From contig JBNRSN020000022.1 of NCBI GenBank assembly GCA_051313645.2, positions 27,156,001 through 27,220,000 on the forward strand: 64,000 bases of DNA, in the 5' to 3' direction. The notes under the pieces were generated by a model. The model was not told where the DNA came from. It made no database searches and saw nothing but the letters and a program-made list of their open reading frames with translations. This document shows, piece after piece, positions 35,371 to 48,079 of the stretch. Positions within the stretch are counted from its first letter, which is position 1. Every line of letters begins with the position of its first letter. Source of the stretch: Centroscyllium fabricii. Lineage: Eukaryota. The position numbers were made by a program, and so were the translations under genes.

Positions 35371-36322
35371 ATAGAGTCGACGTTTCGAGTTCGGACCCTT
35401 TGTCAAGACTAAAGCCAGGAAATGAAAGAGGTAGGAAGGCCGGGGGAGCTGGGAGGGAACAGAAAACAAAAGAGAAGAGAGAGCAAAGAGAAAAGACGTT
35501 AAGAGGTATTCAATGCTGATGTCGCTGTGGACAGGAGACAGCTGTAGATTAGGTGTGAAAAGCACTGGCAGAATGGGAGGCGGCTGCTATCGTGGCGGTC
35601 ACGTCCCATCTCTTGACCCCGTGGTGCCTCGCAACACTTTACCACTTGCTGCCTCCACGAGTTCAATCGGAACAGTTGGTGCTGAATTAGACTCTGAGCC
35701 TCTTTGTTGGGCTAATTACAGAATTCTGGTCGGTAAACGTTGCTAGCTCAGGAATGCCCACTCTTTTACTCCAAATCGAAATGGGCTTATTTTCTGACTT
35801 TATTTTTTGTTGTTCCTTCCCCCACCCACCCTCCTTTCTAATTATTTGTCGTCCTCATCTGCTCTGGCTAGGGCAGCAGGGAGGGGAGTCCCACAGGTAT
35901 AAGTCACCCTCCAGCACCACACCACTGAATGGGTGAGCACGGACAGTAATCAACAGGCTACGGTCAATTGCAATTTTCAAAACTGACATCGACAAATCTG
36001 GGGCAAAAAATGGAAGAAAGGGAAATGAAGCAAAGGCGGGTAATTGGAGTTGAGGTGCAGATCAGCCATAATCTAACTGAATGCGGAACTGGCTCGAGGG
36101 GTTGAATGGTCTACTCCTGTTCCTGTTCGACCATGCGGTGGCACTGCAGTAAAGCCTGACATCCTCTCACAGGCACGCGCAAGAATACGTCACTGGACAG
36201 CAATCGGGAGTGGTGAGCCTGGCTAATTTCTCCCTCCCTTTCCCTGACTCAGGGGGCTGAGGCCTAACCTAGCCTCCCTCTCGCAACCCTGGCTGAGATG
36301 AGCTAATGCAGCATGAATTGGG

Positions 36323-36570
36323 TGCTATAGTTAATGACATGAACCTTGTCGTTCATGTGGAAATGACTTATGAAATGATACTGGGCGGCCTGCTGGTGGC
36401 GCTGTCCAGGGAGAGTATAAATACTCGGGCACGGGCCCAGCTTGCTCAGGACATTCTTTAACAGGAACTAGTGAAGGACACAACTAGATCTCCATGTTGT
36501 AAAACAGTTGATTAAAGCCTTGTTTAATACTCAGACCAAGTGCCTAGTAGTTTTCTTATGTCAGTTAGCA
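36323..36570 (+). mobile_element. Probable solo LTR inside an LF-SINE-like copy
   Basis: TGCTA...TAGCA inverted ends, TATAAA and ATTAAA; no TSD found. Confidence 0.55.
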
Positions 36571-37204
36571 CCTTTCTGCTCTGCATGGCTGATGCCCATA
36601 CGTAACACTGAATTTGTCAACTGGGCCTTTGGGTCATTCTTCACCTTGCTGAAGCCCATTGCGCTGGAGGACATTTGATTGCACAGAATGACGTCAGGCT
36701 GTGATATTGAGGGAATGTGCAGCAAACGACCACAAGAGCTCGGTTTTATTAAGTTCCTTGGTTTAACTGCAGCTCCAATCTGTTCCTGTCACAATCATTT
36801 GTTGGCAAAGCACCAACACGCCAACAGCCAGCCAAGCATCTGACTGTAGCCGTTACCTCGATGTGTTTACCACTTCCACACCATGATGTGCGAGTCAGCA
36901 GCAAACCCACAAGAGCACAACCCAGGAGGCAGCTCTGAATCAACACCTTCCAAATGCAATGTGGGTTACAGCTCCAGGCAAACAATATGCCGGCAAGATT
37001 TTAAGGCTGGCCAATTCCAATCTCACTACAGTGAACAAATCAATGACAAGGCCAATGACTTGGAGCAGGGCTGTGTGCAAGGGTTCGACATTCATCCAGA
37101 TTTTGTGAGAAGTAGGTTAGAAAGCGGTAAAGAAAATGGCTATTTTGCATCGTTCGTTTTCTTCCTTATTTTTTGCCATCCAATTTTCTCTTCACCTCTC
37201 CTGA

Positions 37205-38795
37205 GTGCACTGACTGGGGGGGGGCCCACTGACCAGGGGATGGAGGGGAGGGGCCCACTGACCGGGGGATGGAGGGGAGGGGCCCACTGACCGAGGGACG
37301 GAGGGGAGGGGCCCACTGACCGGGGGATGGAGGGGAGGGGGCCCACTGACTGGGGAATGAAGGGGAGGGGCCCACTGACCGGGGGATGGAGGGGAGGGGC
37401 CCACTGACCGGGGGATGGAGGGGAGGGGCCCAGTGACCGGTGGATGGAGGGGAGGGGCCCACTGACCGGGGGATGGAGTGGAGGGGCCCACTGACTGGGG
37501 GACAGAGGGGAGGCCCACATAACGGGGGATGGAGGGGAGGGGGCCCACTGACCGGGGGATGGAGGGGAGGGACCCACTGACCGGGGGATGGGGGGGGAGG
37601 GGCCCACTGACCGGGGATGGGGGTGGGGTCCACTGACTGGGGGATGGAGGGGAGGGGCCCACTGACTGGGGAACGGAGGGGAGGGGCCCACTGACCGGGG
37701 GATGTAGGGGAGGGGCCCACTGACGGGGGGATGGAGGGGTGGGGCCCACTGACCAGGGGATGGGGGGGAGGGGCCCACTGACTGGGGGATGGAGGGGAGG
37801 GGGCCACTGACCGGGGGATGGTGGGGGAGGGATCCACTGACCGGGGGATGGGGGCGAGGGGGCCACTGACCGGGGGATGGGGCCCACTGACCGGGGGATG
37901 GGGGGAGGGGCCCACTGACTGAGGGACGGAGGGGAGGGGCCCACTGACCGGGGGATGGAGGGGAGGGGAGGGGGCCCACTGACTGGGGGATGGAGGGGAG
38001 GGAGCCCACTGACCGGGGGATGGAGGGGAGGGGCCCACTGACCGGGGGATGGGAGGGAGGGGCCACTGAGTGGGGGATGGGGGGAGGGGCCCACTGACCG
38101 AGGGATGGAGGGGAGGGGGCCCACTGACCGGGGGATGGCGGGGAGGGGGCCCACTGACCGGGGGATGAAGGGGAGGGGTCCACTGACCAGGGGATGGAGG
38201 GAGGGGCCCACTGACCAGGGGATGGAGGGAGGGGTCCACTGACCAGGGGATGGAGGGGAGGGGCCCACTGACTGGGGGACGGAGGGGAGGCCCACAGAAC
38301 GAGGGATGGAGGGGAGGGGGCCCACTGACCGGGGGATGGAGGGGAGGGGCCCACTGACCGGGGGATGGAGGGGAGGGGCCCAGTGACTGGGGGATGGAGG
38401 GGAGGGGCCCAGTGACCGGGGGATGGAGGGGTGGGGCCCACTGACTGGGGGATGGGGGTGGGGTCCACTGACCGGGCGATGTAGGGGAGGTGCCCACTGA
38501 CCGGGGGATGGAGGGGAGGGGCCCACTGACCGGGGAACGGAGGGGAGGGGCCCACTGACCGGGGGACGGAGGGGAGGGGCCCATTGACTGGGGGACGGAG
38601 GGGAGGGGCCCACTGACCGGGGGATGGAGGGGTGGGGCCCAGTGACTGGGGGACGGAGGGGAGGGTCCCACTGACCGGGGGATGGAGGGGAGGGGCCCAT
38701 TGACTGGGGGACGGAGGGGAGGGGCCCATTGACTGGGGGACGGAGGGGAGGGCCCCATTGACCGGGCGATGGGGGGGAGGGGCCCACTGACTGGG
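37205..38795. repeat. G-rich ~29-bp minisatellite (CCCACTGACCGGGGGATGGAGGGGAGGGG)
   Basis: About 55 tandem units with strong G/C strand skew. Confidence 0.97.
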
Positions 38796-39989
38796 TACAT
38801 AGGGGCCCACAGTCCTTTAGTGGGGGCCTGGCCGATGGATGTCGACAGGATGTTGAACCCAGTCCTGTTCTTGCCTACTGGCCACCCAAGTGCAATCGAC
38901 AGCAGGGGACACCGGATGCCAGACCAGAGGATGGAAGAATCAGCCACAGCTCCCGCCCCAGTTCATTATAAACCACCCCTGCAGGAGGGTTTGCTGTGCC
39001 AGGTCAATTATGATTCCTGCGATGGTTCAATATCCCACCTACACTCACACAAGTGTGGCAAAATCAGGTGAGGTACCTGAGGGTTCCCCACATTTGTGGT
39101 TCGCCTACAAGAGCCAGCAGATTCAGGGAAGGACAGGAGTAAAAAGAAAGTGTGGGCTGAATAGAGAGATGGCTGTCGGACCACATTGACTGAGCTCACA
39201 CTGAATGAGGTGTGAAAAAGTGAAAGCACTGAAGATTGTGCTTTCAAGAAGGAAATGTATTCATCAGTACAGACCAAGTGCCAATATTTTACTGGAGGGC
39301 CGAGTGAAGTGACAGCATCTGCTATGTAAACTAACATTGCATTCACAGGGCTTAAATAATTGTTAGTATACAGAGAATTTGTTATAGCATGGCAAATTAC
39401 CAGAGATTAATGGGCAACTGGAATGGAATGTTCCTCTCCCAGCTGTTCCTGTTACTGGGCCTCTTTATAATGAGATGGCTTAATTTAAACCAAACAGGAT
39501 TGCATCTTTAAAAATATTGCAAGGACTTTAATTATTATTGTGTGCACAGATATTTAAAAAACCAGCACACTCACAGTTGCACATGGGGAATCAAGACCAA
39601 GATTAGTCTTCAAGGTAAAACGGGGTCAGAAGGCGGCGGATAATTGGACCAGGCCGTGAGAACTTAATTGGTTCTCATTTTAAAGTCATACATTCTGTCC
39701 TTATTCATGCATTTCAGTATAAATTCCTGTGTCAATAGTAATAATAGAAACTGCCAAAGTAAGCCTGTCATGCTGCAATTTCCCACGTTACAACAGTGAC
39801 TCCACTTCAAAAGTACAGGGTACTTTGTTGGCTGTAAAGCACCTTGAGACGTCAGGTGGTCGTGAAAGGCGCTATACAAATGCAAGTCTTTCTTTCTTTT
39901 AATTACACCCTCCTACCAGTCGAGGCACTGTCCTGTCACCAGGGTGTAATTACAGTGTGACCACTTAAACAAAGGCAGCTTCCATTATA

Positions 39990-40121
39990 AATTGTAAGAA
40001 GTCACACAACATCAGGTTATAGTCCAACAGTTTTATTTGAATAATAAAACTGTTGGACTATAACCTGGTGTTGTGTGACTTCTTACAATTGTCCACCCCA
40101 GTCCAACACCGGCACCTCCAC
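39990..40121. mobile_element. Penelope-like end with an inverted duplication (hairpin with ~45-bp arms)
   Basis: aattgtaagaagtcacacaac...gttttatt pairs with aataaaac...cttcttacaatt, followed by a non-paired tail. Confidence 0.72.
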
Positions 40122-40717
40122 TATAAATGTTATTACAGAAACTTATAATGGAAAATGTTGACAGGAAGTGCATGCAGATGCAAAAATATACATTATATTT
40201 GAATGAGGCTTTTTATTGACAGTCAACTAGCCATATTGTAACTTCACAGTCTGTGTTTCTGTGTATTTAGTGTCGCAAATTGCCCGCTACCTTCAGTTTC
40301 TGCTTTCTTTATCTCCCCAGGACACACTGCCTGTACCTTGCTCAAATAACAGTACCATCACCCATTTACACTGTGGAACCGCTAGCAGTAGCCAGCGATC
40401 AGAACCTGTCCCGTTTATACGGTGGGGCGGGTAAGGGGACTTGCAGCAACCCAGGAAACACTGCACTACCTGCGAATTTACTAGTGTGCCCTCGAATTGT
40501 GGCTGATGTCAGGGGGTGGAGCAGGTTCTACAGGGTTTGTCTGTAGTCTGAAAATTACTGTTGGTAATGTTATCCTACGACCGGTTAGCAGGTGTATATT
40601 ACTTCCTCTCTCCACCATTTAAATTGAGGTATGTAACCCGTTTAAAACCAACAGGTGTGCTTCTCCACTGAAATGGCAGACAGGTGAGTTTAATACAAGC
40701 CCCATTAAGTGTTTATA

Positions 40718-40860
40718 CAGGTTCAGCACTGGTAATCCGTTACCCGAAACGCCGGCAACTTCAGTGGTCCGGTATAAATCACCCCAACTGCCCTGCGCAT
40801 GCGCAAAATGGCAGCCGCGATCGAGGCTTCGGTGAATGATCTGCGCATGCGCCGCCGAAT
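40718..40860. mobile_element. Truncated Tigger/pogo-like MITE end
   Basis: TA-CAGGTTCAGCAC terminus; similar to the reverse complement of 46080-46221. Confidence 0.75.
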
Positions 40861-41131
40861 GACCTGTTGTGAATTGTTCCTCCGTGTGGGCTCCCTCATT
40901 TTGTTAGGAAACCTCGCTCTCCCACATTGGTGACCCCGATGTGATCCAATTTAGGAGAGCGAGGTTTCCTAACAAAATGAGGGAGCCGACACGGAGGAAC
41001 AATTCATAACAGGTCTTTTACTTCCAAACTCCAAAACAACTCTGAACAAAAAAGCCCGCGAGTCACGTGATGACGTCACCGCGTTGTATCACGTGGGTCC
41101 GTTTTCCCGCGCTCTTAAAGAGAAGGTAACA
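40861..41131 (-). mobile_element. ~181-bp Gypsy LTR (40951-41131) plus an inverted copy of its U5 and a tRNA-Trp PBS
   Basis: TGTTACC start on the minus strand; 70-bp arms at 40861-40930 and 40946-41015; TGGTGACCCCGATGTGAT at 40928-40945. Confidence 0.75.
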
Positions 41132-42371
41132 TACAATTGTTAAAGGGAATTATACATGGGTATTTTATATACAGGTATGTACAATGGGATGTGGACCTGC
41201 TACAACACTGTAATTTGTACTTGTATTCCTGCTCTACTCTGATGCTTGGTGGCCAGTTTCTGCATGGCTGGATTCTACCAGCCACTAATGTTCCACCTGC
41301 CCATTCCTTCACATCCAGCCATTTTCTTCAGTTGTCTTCCTCTTGATCTGTTCTTGAGAATACAAAGGTCAGTGAACAAGAAACAAAACTGTAAATGCGC
41401 AAAGAAGAAACTAATCGGATCTCTAGTGGCTAAAATAGCTGGCGCCCACGATGTTGCCCCATGCTGATAAGGAACAATATAGGGTGGCGTGCAGCAATTA
41501 TGCAGAATCTTAACCGCATCACATGATCTTTACTTAGCTGTAACTCAATCATAGTATGCAGCCTGCCCAGCTTGAAATGCCATAACTGCCAGACAAGGAA
41601 ACAGCTCGAAATGCCATAACTGCCAGACAAGGAAATCAAGTTAAAAGTATACATGCACAGCTCATGATTGCTGCAGAATGTATGCTGTGTTAATGCTTTC
41701 GCAATGCATGTATAAATATGTAGCACGCTGTATGTCAAACTGCTTACTCTGTTGGACTCGCCTGACTCTTGCAGGAGTCAGTGCCGATATACCAGAGTAA
41801 AGCCCTGCGGACAATAAATCTGTTGAACTTTCCAGTTGTATTCGACTCAGTGATTGCTGAACCAGACTGAGGGTAAAAGAATCCGTATTATCATTTGGCG
41901 TCAGAAGTGGGATCTCAAACGGACAGTCACCGAGAGTTCGCGAATGAAGAGCTGAATCGTCTCGGACGTGGAAGGAGGAAATGGGCCCCCGCTGTAAGTA
42001 GTTTTCTCTTACTACCTCGGTTTTCCTCTGATCCGCCAGTCTGACGACGAGTCGGCCAATCGCTAGCTCCCGTGTGGTGTCCCAACGAGATCCAGGTCAG
42101 TCTGGCGAATATTGGAAAAGATAGGTGATTAGGTCAGTGATCGGATATCACTGAGGGTCAGTATACGTACTGAGGAAATAACTAGGTGATTAGGTCAGTG
42201 ATCGGATATCACTGAGGGTCAGTATACGTACTGAGGAAATAACTAGGAAATGTGTAAACTTAGAAATAAGCACTTGTGTCAGGTAAAGCGTCGACCTTGT
42301 ATCTCACTTGTCCCGCCTAGGCTCTGAACAAGTTTAAAACGCGACTGTGTAAAGTTCACAAGGGGAGTAAG

Positions 42372-44454
42372 ATGGGCAATTGTTTAGATATCACGACTGA
42401 ATCGGGTAGCGCCTTACAGACCTTTTGTGAACAACATCCTGACAAAGCAAAGCAACTTAGACAGTTGTCAGGAGGATTAAATAAGAAATTAGGAAGTGAT
42501 CAATGGGCACTCGGAGGAACTAAGAATCTAGATGCCGCTAAAAAGGCTCAAGAACTAATTTGGAGAAGTAACAGGGGTACCACAGCCAAATAACTAATTG
42601 CCCTATGGAGACAGTACTGCCAGGAACTAAAAGAAACTTCCTTGTTAGCAAGTTGGCAGGATAATGCCTTAAAATTAGGAATAGGACTAACCAAAGGAGG
42701 GGTAGTCAAACCAGCAGAGGTACTGAAAAAAGAATGCGCTCATGAGAAACGCTCGAAACAGGAGTCTGAAAAGACCATGGGCGAGTCTGGAAAGACTGAT
42801 AAGAGTGGATTACATAATCCAATGGCTGGCCTTGCCTTAACAGAGGGAGATGATGATAATTTGGATGAATGGAATCACAGGGCTCATGTTGTTCCCCAAG
42901 CCCCTATTGCTCCCCCCCCCCCCCCCTGTACGTTAACATTTATCCCCCGGCGGCACCCGTACCAACTGTACAAACCCCCACGCCGACACCTCAAGTATCT
43001 GCCAGTGCCGTTTCCCTGCCAACGTCAGTCGCGGTTCAAGTGAATAATCCCCAGTCGCCGGTCCAGACGGGAAACCAACCACCGGGTCCCCAGTATACCA
43101 ACCCTGTCGCTTTTCGTACTCGACTCAGAACCAAGATTAATCGGCCCCCGACGACACCTTCCCCACCCCAACCCAGTCCATCAAGGTCAAGAAAACGGAG
43201 AAATCAAAGGCAGATGATTCAAAGTCAGAGACTAGAGAGTCAAAGCCAGAGTACCCTCAAGGCTTTACGGTCCTTCTTAGAATGCCAGAACCATAGTGAC
43301 ATTGACAGTGGAGATTCAGGAGACGACTTGTCATCCCTGGAATCAGAATCCGATACCGAGAAACCCGCCAGATATAAACCGACACCCTGGCAGTTGGCGG
43401 TGAGGCAAATGCCTAACCCTGCCTATATCATGGCTAATCCAGTGGCCGCCGGTAACCCCCAGACCATAGGTATCTACTACCCCTGGAAACCTAACGAGAT
43501 AATGGCTATCTTAACTGGGATGCCAGATAGGAAGAAATCCCCCACCTCGTTTGTAGACGTCCTCCGGACTACTATACTCATCTATAATGCTGAATCAAGA
43601 GACTTATGGGTGTTGGTACAGCAGGTCTTGACTCCCGCCGAACATGCAAGGTTTTTGGCTAACCTAGGCCTTGCGAACCATGCCGCATTAATGAATCGAC
43701 ATGCACAGAGTGCTGCTCGTGAAAATGCCATACTCACTGCTTTAACCACCGCCCTACAGAAGCCGATTGACATATCCAAGGTGTTGGATACTAAACCACG
43801 AAAGGGCGAGGGAGCAGAGGAATTTCTAGAGAGATTCTCTGAGGTATATGGGAGTCAGTCAGGAGATGCTAATTACCAGAATGGAGCAGACTCGCCGCAA
43901 TACTGTGCTATTCTGATAAATTGTCTACCAACCCGAGCGTCTGAAGCAATTAAGACTAACAATATGGACTGGTCAGAGAATAGTCCCAGCCAGATTTAGC
44001 CAGGGCAGTGAAATATTATTGGAAAGAGAGTAAGAATCAGGAGAGTCAGCCCCAGGTCAAAGTCAAGACTGAGTATGTGATGAAAAAGGAAGAGCCAAAG
44101 CCCACCCAAGATGTGATAGGATATCAGATGGAGCCCCAGTACTGTGTCCCAGGGTGGGTTGATGGACAAGGGTATGAATATGTCAGCCATCCTAACGGAC
44201 TGACCGCCCCATATCATGGCCCACCCTACGCTCCCCCGAGACAAAATTTCGGCGGTAGAGGAAGAGGAGGGAGGCAAGCAGGGTCAGATGCCTGTTTCAA
44301 CTGTGGTCAGCAAGGCCACTGGAGCAAGGAATGTCCCTCCCGAAGATAAGGAAGAGGGGGCCATATGCAAGGACAACGGGGAGGTTGGCAGGGAAATCGG
44401 GGACGAGGAAGATATACAGACTTCTCCCAGAATAATCCGTTTCCCCAGTACTGA
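42372..44454 (+). pseudogene. gag: ERV gag with stops and a frameshift
   Basis: MGN myristoylation start, Pro-rich region, capsid-like YYPW and EEFLER, single CCHC knuckle CFNCGQQGHWSKEC. Confidence 0.9.
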
Positions 44455-45350
44455 CTAGCCAACCTCGTGGTGAACGGGTTCCAGTCGGACAAGGAGCCCG
44501 TTCTATCCTACTAATTGGAGGAAACTGGCATATGTTTCTGGTAGACACCGGAGCATCTATGTCATCCATCCAATCGGAGCTCAATCTCTGTAAGTCCAGG
44601 GAGACACAAAGCCTGTCCAGATTCCAAGGACAAGTGTGCCAGTACCCGATATCAGAACCAGTTGAAGTAGTATTTTGAAATGAGTCCGTAAAACACCAAT
44701 TCATAATCACAAATGGGCTGGATTGCAATCTCATGGCCAGAGACCTGTTATGTGCCTTTCAATTAAGACCTGAGTGTGGGAACGAAGGAATAACTGTGAA
44801 ACCATGGGCCCCTAAAAGACAATGTTACGCCTCTATCACCCCGCAATGGTGAACTCTGGACTTAAAGGATGAACCCCCATCTCATGTAGCCCTAGCTTAT
44901 GATCAAAGTGGAAAAGATAAGAAGTTGGAGAATTTTTACCAAGCTTATGGAAGGACTGAGTGGAATGTTGTTCTCCGAGCCATAGTTACGGTACCGGAGG
45001 GGAAAGCAGAATATGTTGAGGTTCCCTCGGAATTGTGGAAGCAACCCGTAACTGTAGCCCCACACGTCACCCGGGAAGTGAACTTCTCCTACCATGCGAA
45101 AGATCTGGGACCCATGATAAAACAAGCAGTTGAACAAGCTAACCCAGATGACCGGCAGGAGCAGGCCCTGTCAGGCGGTCGAACTATCCTGTTCTACCAA
45201 GAACCGAATGTAGCCCTGACACAGTTGCACCACCACGTTGGGAATGAGGTACCGGAATACGTCAATCCGCAAGTGTGGGCAGAAGACCCCATACAGGTAG
45301 GATGCGTTAAAATAACTCCCATCCAAATCGCCCTACAGGAAAATGTTGTA

Positions 45351-46221
45351 CAGGTTGAGCACCGTTAATCCGGCACGGGCGGGACCAGGCCCGTGCCGGG
45401 AAATGGAAAAAACCGGGAGAACGAGTTTGGACACTGCGCATGCGCACCAGTCACAATGGCAGCGCGCATGCGCGCAACATTGGTATTGGCTGGCGCGCGC
45501 ATGCGCAGATCGTCCAATATTGGCCGCCGCGAAGTTTTTTGATGGGCTCAGGCTTTTGTGGCGTTCCGTTTAGGTTTTAGGGCTGTCGGGCAGCAGTGAA
45601 AGGCCGGTCTTGCGGGGGGAGGCAGGAGGGTGGCGTGGCGTGGCGCGGCGCGGGGGGGGGGGGAGGAAGGCGCGGGTCCGGGGGGGGGGGAAAAGAGGGT
45701 GGCGCGGGTCGGCGGGGGGGCAATTTATCCAATCCCGTTTTGCTCTGTAAGAGGTCACACGGCGCCAGGCTGTGGTCCAACGGTTTTAGTTGGGGTCACG
45801 GGCTTTCGGAGCGCCGCTTCCCCGTCAGGTGATGGGGGAGCGGCGCTCCGAAGGCCCGTGATTTCGAGTGGGACTTTTGGACAACAGCCTGGTGCTGTGT
45901 GGCTTCTTACAATTGTCCATCCCAGTCCAACACCAGCACCTCCACATCATGGCTTCAATTACAGTTATCGATAAAATAACCGGCGGCCGTATTGAATTAT
46001 CTGCGCATGCGCTAACCTTCCGGCGACGCATGCGCAGATCATTCAAAACACCCGCAGCTGTTTTGAATGATCTGCGCATGCGCTCGGCACATGCGCAGAT
46101 CATTCGTTGAAGCCACGATGGCGGCTGCCATTTTGCGCATGCGCAGTGCAGTCGGGGCAATTTGTGCCGGCAGACTGAAGCTGCCGGCTATTCGGTTACC
46201 AGATTAACGGTGCTCAACCTG
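45351..46221. mobile_element. Tigger/pogo-like MITE inserted in ERV pol
   Basis: CAGGTTGAGCACCGTTAATC TIRs and TA TSD; removal restores ENVV-LPSIRQY. Confidence 0.9.
45746..45952. mobile_element. Penelope-like palindromic end nested in the MITE, A>G hypermutated
   Basis: Homologous to 39990-40121; 166-bp palindrome at 45746-45911. Confidence 0.8.
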
Positions 46222-47671
46222 TACTACCCTCTATACGACAGTATCTGCTGAAACAACAAGCGATACCAAGCATTGATAAATTGATCACAGGACTACTGAA
46301 ACAAGGAATCCTGATTAAATGCCAGTCCCCGTGCAACACGCCCATACTTGCAGTTCCAAAACCAGGAAAGCCAAACCAGTACAGACTAGTACAGGACTTA
46401 CGATCTATCAATGCTATTGTACAACCGCTTCATGCACTGGTACCTAATCCAGCTCACATTCTGGCCCAGGTCCCTGCACAAGCGAAAATCTTTGCAGTAG
46501 TCAATCTCCAACACGCCTTCTTCGCCTTGCCACTGGAACCGGCAAGCCAGTACCTCTTTGCCTTTAGTTATAATGGACAACAGTATACGTGGACCTGACT
46601 GCCGCAAGGTTTCGTAAACTCTCCAACATTATTCTCTAGGTGCCTACAAGGACAGTTGCAGACTTTGACCTTAAAACATGGTTCCGCTCTGGTACAATAC
46701 GTGGACGATTTGCTAATAGGTAGCCCTGATGAACAAAGTAACCAGGAAGACACTGCCCAGTTGCTTAATCACCTATCCTCACTAGGTACATAGTATCTCA
46801 CTCAAAGGTACTAGTGGCTCAACATAAAGTTAAGTTCCTCGGCTTTATGCTCTCAGCAACCGAGCGGAGTCTGGAGAGAAGCAGGATTGAGCCAATCTGT
46901 CAGTTCCCGGTACCCCGTAATGCGAAACAAGTGAGGCAATGGATGGGGATGGTAAACTACTGTAGACAATGGATACCCAACATCGCTCTGGAAACCAAAC
47001 GACTGACACCATACACCAGTATGGAGGGCAAGTTTTAGCTAGATCCTGTCGCCCTGTGAGCGTTTGAAAACCTAAAGGGAGCATGTCACAAGCACCAGCG
47101 TTAGGGAGACCCCTGTATGACAGGCCCTTCCAGCTATACTGCACTATCCTCACTGATTGTTCGACTGCTGTCCTAACTCAAAAACATGGGGACAAGCATA
47201 GGCCGGTGGCTTACTACTCCTCGAAGTTAGATCCGGTAGCGCGAGGACATCCTGTATGCACCCAGATTCTGACCGCCATCTATAATAGCCTACAGTCAGC
47301 TGCCAATCTAACTTTGCAACAAGATATTACAGTATACAGTTCGCACTCGGTAACTGCACTATTAGGCCAATTACAAACTCAGCACCTCACTATGGCCCGA
47401 CAAAATAAGTACGAGATATACCTGTTCAATAATCCTAAACTACAATTTAAGCATTGTACTACTATCAACCCAGCATGTTTTCTCACAGAACCACAACTCG
47501 AACAAACGGACCCAGGACATGATTTTCTATTTTTAATCAAGGAAGATACCTTCGTCAGGGATGATCTATCTGATGCCCCAATGCAGAGTCCTAACACAAC
47601 CATGTATGCAGATGGAAGTGCATCCGTCAGTCCCCTTGGGAAAAGACATTCTGGATATGCAATCGTAGATC

Positions 47672-48079
47672 GGGCGGCACGGTGGCATAGTGGTTAGCAT
47701 TGTTGCCTCACAGCTCTGGAGACCCGGGTTCAAATCCGGCCTCGGGTACTATCTGTGTGGAGTTTGCACATTCTCCCCGTGTCTGCGTGGGTTTCCTCCG
47801 GGTGCTCCGGTTTCCTCCCACAGTCCAAAGATGTGCGGGTTAGGTTGATTGGCCAGGATAAATTGACCCTAAGTGTTAGGGGGATTGAATATGTGGAATT
47901 ACGGGGATAGGGTGGGATGTGTGTCAGTGCAGGCTTGATAGGGATCGAGGGATATGGGGAGAGGGTAGGGGCGGGGTACTGGGTTTGGATGATCAGCCAT
48001 GATCTCATTGAATGGCGGAGCAGGCTCGAAGGGCCGAATGGCCTACTCCTGCTCCTAGTTTCTATGTTTCTATGTTTCT
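47672..48079 (+). mobile_element. V-SINE inserted in ERV RNase H
   Basis: Near-identical to the 1064 copy; ATC duplicated; removal restores IVD-QDGK. Confidence 0.93.

Noticed and set aside
37140-38947. 531-593 aa proline-rich ORFs in all three minus frames
   Set aside because: Artefacts of the 29-bp array; open in every frame with no exon evidence.
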